From Amoeboradix gromovi X-113 (Eukaryota > Fungi > Sanchytriomycota), in the NCBI GenBank assembly GCA_018985225.1, contig JADGIF010000208.1, positions 1 through 14,612 of the forward strand: 14,612 bases of DNA, read 5' to 3'. The notes beneath the pieces were generated by a model. That model was not told where the DNA came from. It was given only the letters and a program-made list of their open reading frames with translations, and did no database searches. Every line of letters begins with the position of its first letter. Positions within the stretch are counted from its first letter, which is position 1. The translations under genes and the position numbers were made by a program. Of this stretch, positions 1 to 8,200 are shown piece after piece.

Positions 1-983
1 GTTGACTCCTTGAGCTTTGGTAAAAAGATATCGGACATCTCTGCATTTTTGAGAATTTGTTTCAGAATTGTGTAGTTTTTGTACTCCTCGTTAAAAGTCC
101 TGATATCCGAGAAAATCGAGAATTTCCACTGAGAAACTAGCAATGCTAGATGCTTCGTTACAGTGATTTCTCACGCTTTCACTACCCTGAGGCTGAATTC
201 AATAAGGATGTATATACTTGATGTATATGTTCCTTGCTGCCATATGATCTCTATCTGTCTTCAAATGACACTTTGCACAGGTTCAGGTTTCTAGATTAGT
301 TTTCTTTAGAGTGCCGCATATTGTACATGGCATCGAATTTCCATGCTTGCACCAGCTTATCAGTCTGAGACGAATGTATGCTGCACCTGCTAATTATTTC
401 TTTAGATTTGACATATTCAGGATTACATCCATTTATTCCATTTACCATTTGCGAATAGGAAGAATATCGAGTATTTGAGCTATTAGAAAATCTGGAAAAG
501 TCACGAAATTATATAGAAATGCATAAAAATTAGCGATATATGATTTATTCAAGAAAATAATCGAGCTGCCGCACCTTGGAGAACTCTAAATTTCAGGAAC
601 GAGTGATAAAAACAAGAATTCTTCAAAGGGCATACTTTATTTACATTAACTAAAAATCGAACACAAAATGTTGAAATAGTTCTCACTGTGCGTCCTAAAG
701 TTTCTAAATAGATTTATCGCGTCGATGTAGTAACCAATTACCATAATAATACGAAATGTTGCCGTTTAGTAATTCTTCTAGCTGAAGTTCTAAAATTACG
801 TCAGAGCTCGATATTCATTTTTTCATCCAAGAAAAATGTTTCCAAACAGTCACAGCCAGTAATATAATGCGTAATTGTACACAGATTGTTGGCAATCACG
901 ATTACGCTTATCATCTTTACCAAGGTGAGTTGATTGCGTAACTCCGTAGCATCCTACTTATTTAGTATGCATTATCAAGCAAG

Positions 984-989
984 TTTATT
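984..989 (-). terminator. Putative polyadenylation signal AATAAA for the 736-aa gene
   Basis: Located 32 nt after the TAG. Confidence 0.35.
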
Positions 990-1021
990 ATTTTAATTCA
1001 TATGAGGCAATTGATAAAAAC

Positions 1022-3232
1022 CTATCCATCAGTTTTCAATTGATTCCATGTCAACTCCATCATTTTTTCTACTATTGATTCCTGGCTTAAGTCTTCCAAA
1101 TATTTGTTTTGCTTTTCAATCATATTTCTCCTGCAATAATTAATGTTTTTTAGCCATATTTTAATCAGTCTTTGAAACAAGTAGTCTAAAATTGATAAAT
1201 CCAACAAATGCGGATTGTATTCCTTGCACTCATTCAAAATGTCAAATAAGTCATCTATTTCCATTTTATTCAGTAACATTTTGCTGGCAGTCACTCCTTG
1301 TTCATACAGATCATAGCAGTCACAAAATAATACCACGTGCATCAATTCCTTGATATTCAATGTATCTAGATACAGAATTTCGGGTGTGTTGTAGCTACTA
1401 CCAAAGTCTCTCCTATGAGATATCTCAATTATAAATTCATCCACATTTTCCACAACAAAGGACCTGAATGCACAGTGTAGCAATAACCCCATTTGGTTCC
1501 CTATTTCATTATGTAAGCTAAAGTATTCGTTCAATTCCTTGGTTAAGAATAATTTGCAGTTTGGTACAATTACTAACTTCGCTAAGTAGGTATCATACGC
1601 CATAACAATTAGCATTGAAATAACTTTTGAGTTGTTTTTATTCTTTGAGACCACACCTAATAAAGTGTGTAGTTTTAGTTCACTGAAGACATGTTTCTGC
1701 AGATATTCGAAGACATGATTAGGTGAATTAACTGCTATTAAGTCCGCCTGACAGCTGAAGAAGCCAGAGTTAATAAGATCTGGAATTCCAGTGCTAGTTG
1801 CCAAGAGGCTAAATCTTTTTAAAAATTGTAAGTTTGAGTGTTTTGATACTGAAAGGTATAGGAAAAGCCCATAAACACAGTCAGAATTACTTATAAACTC
1901 TAGCAATTGGTCCGCTGTTCTGCAGTGTAGTACAATAATCTCAAAGCTCCTATTTGAGGCCGTTGCTACTCTACTTGCCTTTAACTCTTTATTGTTGTAG
2001 TTTTTCATAACATAGCCTAGTATTCCAAATACGCTTGTGTCTCTTAGTTCAATGTTAGCGTTTTTAACGCACTTGAACAGCTCCACAATGTTATGAAATG
2101 TAAATTTTAAGAATTTGTCCAATTCAACATCTCTAGTTACACTTAGAACAACGTTTCTAACATTCCATTTCATTATATAGTGTACACGCCTAAGGATAAT
2201 GGCTAGATGCGGTCTTTCTATTCGGTTTCGAGCGTATTTTATTAATCTCTTCCATATGCAGATCAAAGCAACAATTAAATGCGAATGCTGTATCAAAGAG
2301 TCGTTTAGCATAAACGCGGAATCCTGCAGTAGCTTCTCAAGTATGTTAAATACTAAACTACAGCCAATATGAGAATACGATAGGTTTGAAAACAAGAAAA
2401 CCAAGGACTGAAAAACTGAAAAATTAGCTTTAACATCTAATCCGTTATAAAAGTCTACGATTCTACTTTTGAATAATAGCTCACTTATTTTTGTGGCGTT
2501 TGACTTGGAGTAAATTCTGTGTTTCAGAATCGACAACAACATTCGCAAGCTTAGTTTATGAGCCAATGAATACACAAATGCATTTGCTACGCATATGGGT
2601 GTAGGATGAAGCTTCTGCTGTCTTGTTAGCAGTTTAATTAGCTTTTCAACATCAACTCCTGATAATTCGCTTACATTCAACGAATCAAGAATAGTCAAGA
2701 ATTTAAAGTGATGATGATATTTATTCCATCTATATGCCAGCTTTATCAAATTTACAATAATCCTGGAACGATTTTTATCAATTTGACTAGTTAGCAACAG
2801 ATGCAACATATTTGAAAAGCAGTTTGGAAAGTCACGCAATGTAATTTGCAATGACACAAATAGCAATAAATGGGTACATCCCAATACACCATTAAGTATC
2901 TCATCGGTAGTGTCATGATATGGTACCAAGGTCATATACTTTAACAAGCTGGCTATTGGGATTAATCTCGTAAGCTCATTGGAATAGCATCTACTTATTA
3001 ATGTGATTAGAATGCCGATATTTTCCATGTTCGCTTTTAAATATTCGGGCGGCTTGTCTGTTGTCCAGGTACTCACAATATCTACCATTTTCTGGAAATG
3101 TTGAATGCTTAGCTTATATCTTTTTACGACTTCAATTAGCATAGCAACGTCTCTAGGTTCAAATACATCCAAAAAATGGGACATAAGTTCCTCATCTAAA
3201 GTAGGCTTTTTTTTAGTTAAGAAGCGTTCCAT
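1022..3232 (-). CDS. Hypothetical 736-aa protein, Leu/Ile-rich and probably alpha-helical (possibly HEAT/ARM-like); family not recognised
   Basis: Uninterrupted 2.2-kb ORF in AT-rich DNA, same orientation as its neighbours, with AATAAA 32 nt after the stop. No motif recognised. Confidence 0.8.
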   Translation of the reverse strand: MERFLTKKKPTLDEELMSHFLDVFEPRDVAMLIEVVKRYKLSIQHFQKMVDIVSTWTTDKPPEYLKANMENIGILITLISRCYSNELTRLIPIASLLKYMTLVPYHDTTDEILNGVLGCTHLLLFVSLQITLRDFPNCFSNMLHLLLTSQIDKNRSRIIVNLIKLAYRWNKYHHHFKFLTILDSLNVSELSGVDVEKLIKLLTRQQKLHPTPICVANAFVYSLAHKLSLRMLLSILKHRIYSKSNATKISELLFKSRIVDFYNGLDVKANFSVFQSLVFLFSNLSYSHIGCSLVFNILEKLLQDSAFMLNDSLIQHSHLIVALICIWKRLIKYARNRIERPHLAIILRRVHYIMKWNVRNVVLSVTRDVELDKFLKFTFHNIVELFKCVKNANIELRDTSVFGILGYVMKNYNNKELKASRVATASNRSFEIIVLHCRTADQLLEFISNSDCVYGLFLYLSVSKHSNLQFLKRFSLLATSTGIPDLINSGFFSCQADLIAVNSPNHVFEYLQKHVFSELKLHTLLGVVSKNKNNSKVISMLIVMAYDTYLAKLVIVPNCKLFLTKELNEYFSLHNEIGNQMGLLLHCAFRSFVVENVDEFIIEISHRRDFGSSYNTPEILYLDTLNIKELMHVVLFCDCYDLYEQGVTASKMLLNKMEIDDLFDILNECKEYNPHLLDLSILDYLFQRLIKIWLKNINYCRRNMIEKQNKYLEDLSQESIVEKMMELTWNQLKTDG

Positions 3233-3392
3233 TCGGGGCTGAAATGTAAGAAAAATTCATGAAAACACCTAGTTCCTTCCCGAATAGCTCGCGAGAAGTA
3301 GTGCTTTGCAAACAGGGAAGCCAGATAACTAGCGCACAAATATAATTTTACAATTAAGCAAAGTTTAGGCATTACCGCTTAGCTATATTCTA

Positions 3393-3398
3393 TTTATT
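3393..3398 (-). terminator. Putative polyadenylation signal AATAAA for the CLC gene
   Basis: Located 15 nt after the TAG. Confidence 0.4.
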
Positions 3399-3413
3399 TC
3401 ATCTTTGGCTTTC

Positions 3414-5192
3414 CTAGATACTCCTTATATAATTCACCAGGTCTTTCTTCAGTATGCTACCAACAAGCCTTCCTTGGTAGCAAACGCAGCCAACATCCAA
3501 TTCCATTTTCACAAATACTTGACAGCATATCGATATAGGGGTATCTCTGTCGAATGCAAATGTTGGTTTAATAAATTGATACACATTTAGCTCATTAATC
3601 ATCTCTATGGCGTCATCGTCTGGTGTAAGAGTTTCCTCATTGTTACAGACTATTTTAGTGTTTTTTGCATAGCCGTAGTATTTGCAGATGTATGTTATCG
3701 CATCCTCGTCCAACACACCTAGTAAATTATTGTTTTCGACAATATAAACTAGACCTAGATCAAACCGCATTAGCTCCGAGATTGTAATTCCAGGAGAGAT
3801 ACAATTCAAATCATCAGCGGATGTCATAATAGTTGACAATGGCTGGGTAGCCAACCTAAATAAAATTGTTTTGTCTTTTAAATTTTCAAGTTGTGGCAGA
3901 TATGGGTATTTGTTGATTTTGATAAGCTCGTCGTAAATGCCGGCGCCATATAACCCACCAACATATTTACTGGTTAATATTGCAGTCATTATGGGTATTA
4001 CAAAATACGGAGTATTAGTCAATTCAAACATTATTACAACCAAGCTCAAAGTCATTCTTGTAGTGCCACTTAAAAAGGCTGCAGCACCGATTAATGAATA
4101 CAAACCAGAATTGACTGTTACAAATAAATTGACAACAATTCCTAGAATCCTACCACATATAGCCCCAATAACCATAGAGGGAATGAATATGCCACTGGGT
4201 ATTAGGGAACCAAAAGTTAACACCATTAGTAGTGATTTTAATAGCATTGCAAATACTAGTTGCAACAAATTAGTAACCGCAATACTGGTATTGCACAATG
4301 GTAGATCTGGATGACATGGTTGTAGCAGCACTTGGATTAACTCTGAATTGCTAATATAAGTAAACTCCAAAAAATAACTGCTAGCACTTGTTAATAAACC
4401 CAATATAATCACTTGGTCGAAAGTCTTACCCATAGTCTGTCTTTTTTTATTGAACTTTATAAAGTAGCGGCCAAAATAACCACCGCAAACACCCAGCAAT
4501 ATAAAAATGAAATATTCAAGAAAATGAAAACTGTTGACGTAATTTACTTTGAAGATCACTGACTTACCATTATTGAATGGATTGAGGAACTGAAGAGTTA
4601 CCAATGAAATTAAAGATGCCAAAGTACATTTCCACATGATGCTAGGGTTGAAGTTATGGCTTACTTCCTCAAAAGAGAACAAAACACCACCAATAGGAGT
4701 ACCAAATGCACAGCTGACTCCTGCACTAGCTGCTGCTGAGAGCAATGGCAAATTTAGATCTGCTAAAAATTGGGATTGCAAGGCAACCGCTATATGTACC
4801 AAGGGACCTTCTTTACCTAACATTAGTCCACTCGCTACACCGTATACAAGCCCAAATGCCTTGATAATAAGAGTTTTAACATCTAAATATCGTGGCAAAC
4901 TGACGTTACTCAAAATCACCTTGACTTGAGGTATTCCACTTCCACTTGCTTGGGGTGCTAGCGTGGTAAGAAGAGTGCCGATAACTGAGAACAAGACACT
5001 ATAAAATACATAATGTGCCATGTTACCATATGCAAAGTCATTGGAGCACTGCATTCGGTTTAGATACCAAATTGGACAGTATCCCAACCTTAAATCGCTG
5101 AGGTATTCGCTGCATATATCTATTATGTAAACAATGGCGGCAAATAATATAGAAGATACTACAAGAGAAAGCCAGTAGAATATTGGAGACAT
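3414..5192 (-). CDS. CLC-family chloride/proton antiporter (CLC-3/4/5, Gef1-like) with degenerate C-terminal CBS-like region, 592 aa
   Basis: CLC signature motifs GSGIP, GKEGP (gating Glu), AFGTPIGGVLFSFEEVS (proton-Glu position), GIFIPSM and TRMTLSLVVIMFELT, plus the N-terminal IDI..LSDL..GYC typical of the CLC-3/Gef1 branch. Multiple hydrophobic helices. Confidence 0.95.
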   Translation of the reverse strand: MSPIFYWLSLVVSSILFAAIVYIIDICSEYLSDLRLGYCPIWYLNRMQCSNDFAYGNMAHYVFYSVLFSVIGTLLTTLAPQASGSGIPQVKVILSNVSLPRYLDVKTLIIKAFGLVYGVASGLMLGKEGPLVHIAVALQSQFLADLNLPLLSAAASAGVSCAFGTPIGGVLFSFEEVSHNFNPSIMWKCTLASLISLVTLQFLNPFNNGKSVIFKVNYVNSFHFLEYFIFILLGVCGGYFGRYFIKFNKKRQTMGKTFDQVIILGLLTSASSYFLEFTYISNSELIQVLLQPCHPDLPLCNTSIAVTNLLQLVFAMLLKSLLMVLTFGSLIPSGIFIPSMVIGAICGRILGIVVNLFVTVNSGLYSLIGAAAFLSGTTRMTLSLVVIMFELTNTPYFVIPIMTAILTSKYVGGLYGAGIYDELIKINKYPYLPQLENLKDKTILFRLATQPLSTIMTSADDLNCISPGITISELMRFDLGLVYIVENNNLLGVLDEDAITYICKYYGYAKNTKIVCNNEETLTPDDDAIEMINELNVYQFIKPTFAFDRDTPISICCQVFVKMELDVGCVCYQGRLVGSILKKDLVNYIRSI

Positions 5193-5231
5193 GGGGGTTA
5201 TGATCTATGAACAACAAATTGTAGAGCATTG

Positions 5232-5237
5232 TTTATT
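5232..5237 (-). terminator. Putative polyadenylation signal AATAAA overlapping the talin TAA stop
   Basis: AA-TAA-A, in which the stop codon forms part of the hexamer. Confidence 0.4.
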
Positions 5238-8200
5238 TTTTAAATGTGCCACCCGGTCTCATTGTACCAGTCTTTAACATTGTGTCTTCTGGTTTTACAT
5301 ATTTGTCTTTTCTCATTCCTGCAAGTCTGTTTCTTGCCTTTTCTAGTTCCTTCTCCATCTTCAAAATTTCTGTTTGCGCATCCATTTCTCCAATTCTTCC
5401 ACGTACACCGCTTTGTTTAGCATCACTAAACACAGCATTGTCGTCTGGCTGTATCTTGTCTTCTACAGTCTTCACCAGGTTTTCGACTGCGCTGGTGACT
5501 TGTTTTCCTGCAGCTTTTAACCTAAGCTGTGCTTGACTTTCCAAGTCCACCTTAACACTAGCACTGGCTATTAAATGGGCACAACTACTCGCAATGCTTC
5601 TAGCCACTACTACGATTTTCTCAGGCTGCGATTTGCCCTTTGCTGAGTCATTAACCAATGTGACTAGATCACCAACAGCAGCAACAACTACCTTGGCGGC
5701 ACTTACTAAACCATCACTCCAAGTTCCATCGTTGTAAAACATTTCCTTTTCTTTCTTAACCTCTTTAACAACTTTAGAACTAATCTCTCGCTGCACACCT
5801 GTTGCTGCTTTGATCAGCGCACTACTAGCAGCAATAACTGCCCTAGCAATTTCAGCGCAAACCTCTTCAAATGTCATTTCTTCACCGTTTGTGCGTGGTG
5901 CAAATGTCATTTTTGCTAATTTCTTTGAAGCAATATCGATTGCATTAGCAGCAGATATAAGTTCTTGTTCTGCAATATAGTTTGGATCATCTTGGTCAAC
6001 ATATCCATCAGGTCCCATCAGCTTAGCAATATCTGTAATGCCGCTGATGGCCGCACCCACTTTGCGAGCGGCATCCTCCATTGATTGTTTGTCCATGTTG
6101 GGATCATTCAAAGTCGTTAGAAGCTGATTAAAAGTATCAAAAAACATTTTCATGTTCTGCTTCATCTTTGACTTTTGCATATCTGGCGCATTCTCGATGG
6201 AAGCACGTGTGGTTCTAATTAGTTCATCAACCATCTTCTTTGAATCATTCAGCTTGACAACTAGCTCCTCTTTTTTGTTGAATGCGCTCATCATGTGAGC
6301 TACGCTACCAGCAACATCTCTTGTACATTTTAAAACATCATCTGGTAAAGCAGTTCCTTCAGCTAAATCAGTTGAAAAATACCGTGTGAATCACCCATTA
6401 GCAAGTCTTCTTGCATTCTTAAATTACCCATTACCGCATTAATAGCTTTTAAAGCTCGAGTCTTGTCATCAGACACGCTTTCGACAGATTTGTAAAATTG
6501 TGCTATTTGTTGAGCTGCTTTTTTGGCAGCTAATGGAAGAGTAGAAGTAAACTCTGGGTCATTTTGGGGTCTACCACAGACTTGCATTGCAGTGCTTATC
6601 AACTCATTCATACTAGAGCTCATTAAAGCAGCAGATTTTAACAATTCAATTTGTGTCAATTTGTCGGCACTTGTGATACTGGCTATTGCGCTCTTACTCA
6701 ACACCCAAACCTCTTCCAGATGTTTGGCTGATTTATCACTGTATTCGCCCAAAGAATTCATACTTGTTGCTGTGGCGCTTATAATTCCCTTGACATCTTC
6801 CATTAATCGCTTGACTCCTTTTTGGATATCCTCATGCACATCTTTGAACTTTTTGTCGTTCTGCATTGGCTCAAATTGACCTGCTTCGGCAAATACTAAT
6901 GTAGACTCAATTTGATTCATCACATTTTCATTTATATGTGAGACGGCAGTTTCTGTCTGACTTAGCCCTGGGTTTGCATTCTTTACACTTGTGATTAGTA
7001 AGCCCACCCTGCTACTAACATCTCTACTTGCTGCATTTAGTGAGGACTTGTTACTTGTTTCCATCGGCCTCATTACACAATTTCCAAGCATACTCAGATA
7101 GGTCGTTAAACCAAGGCATAGCAGTTTGATGTTTGAGTCGATTTGACTCTTTGTTGATGTTTCTGCTACCTTTAGGGCAATTTGCAATGACTGTTGCATG
7201 TTAAGTAACCTAACAGGTATCATTGGAATTCTTTCGTGCAGCTCCGATTGATCTTTACCTATAAATCCAGCCAAAGAGCTAATACTCATTATCAGTTCTC
7301 TGCATTCGTTTAAGAATGATGCCAAGGGTACTATTGCTCCGCTTACCTTATTATAGTCTGTAATTATAGAGTTTTGATGATTTACAATCTGGTCTTTGGA
7401 CTGGTTGATTAGCTGATCCAACACGCTTGATGACTCCCAATAAGATGAAATAGCATTTAGTCTAGCAACGACTTTGCTCTTGTCATCTGTGGTATCATTT
7501 CCATCCTTTATTGCTGTGTGTAGATCCAGAATACTCTCAGTCAAGTCTTTTAGTAGTTGTACCATGTCTACTTGCTTCGATTTGTTGTCTTTAATAGATG
7601 CCTCAGCTAATAGTTGCTTGTTCAAGTGCTCAAATTCATCTATCAGCTTAAACATAAACGTAGCATCAATGCTTTTCTCTGCTTCAATAAGATCCAGTAA
7701 AACATTAACGGCATCTACGGTTTGGTTCTCATTCGCGTCAACCCTGACAAGTCCGTCTGTCGCACATTTCAATAAAGTGGCATCCAAGTCAATCAGTAAA
7801 TTCTGCAATTTATCACTTTGCGACTCCATCTTCTTATTAAGCGGACTCTGTTCATCTAATGCTCTTAGCAGCCCTGTTTTAGCGTCTTTTATTTGTTTGC
7901 TACTGTTGTTGATTTGATTTGCAACGTTCGAATTTCCAGGGTTCAGGCCAAGCAACATCATGGAGTTTGAAGCGTTGTCAAGTGCTCTATAAATCTTTCT
8001 ACTCACATCTAAAACGGGTTTAATGTTTATGATTGATTTAGAACTAAACTGAGTAGGTGTACCACTGAACTGCGGTGACCTTAAGTAAGTTATTATTCCA
8101 GATACTCCTTCCAATATTCCATTTGCATGTGATATGGTTAAATCTTTGTTTGCAACATCACTCATATTTGTGGAGTACAATTTAACAGCTTGAACAAATT

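Noticed and set aside
1-448. Possible minus-strand gene fragments (a 50-codon ORF at 448-296 and an open frame from about 170 to the window edge)
   Set aside because: Short, no recognisable homology, and no intron matching the consensus links them. Cannot be supported without flanking sequence.
207-450. Short direct repeats (GATGTATAT x2 at 207 and 220; CCATTT x3 at 429-450)
   Set aside because: Low-complexity and expected in AT-rich DNA. No array, CRISPR or transposon structure.
894-946. Resemblance to U1 (ATCACGA, GCTTATC, ATTGC..ACTCCG) or U5 loop 1 (CTTTACCA)
   Set aside because: No ACTTACC 5' end, wrong spacing, no intact GCCTTTTAC loop and no clear Sm site. Kept only as an unassigned structured candidate.
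4817-4838. 22-nt intron look-alike GTAGCGAGTGGACTAATGTTAG inside CLC
   Set aside because: It encodes the conserved VASGLMLG directly before KEGP. Removal would frameshift the gene, and the branch-like A is at -7 rather than -6.
5038-5229. 63-aa minus-strand ORF as an alternative first exon of CLC
   Set aside because: It is out of frame with CLC, and the only GT-AG intervals before the CLC ATG (11 or 8 nt) are too short and do not restore the frame.
5233-6294. Separate Sla2/HIP1-like I/LWEQ gene, or a talin pseudogene or programmed frameshift
   Set aside because: A clean 20-nt GT-AG intron joins it in frame to the upstream talin ORF, giving a normal-length talin.
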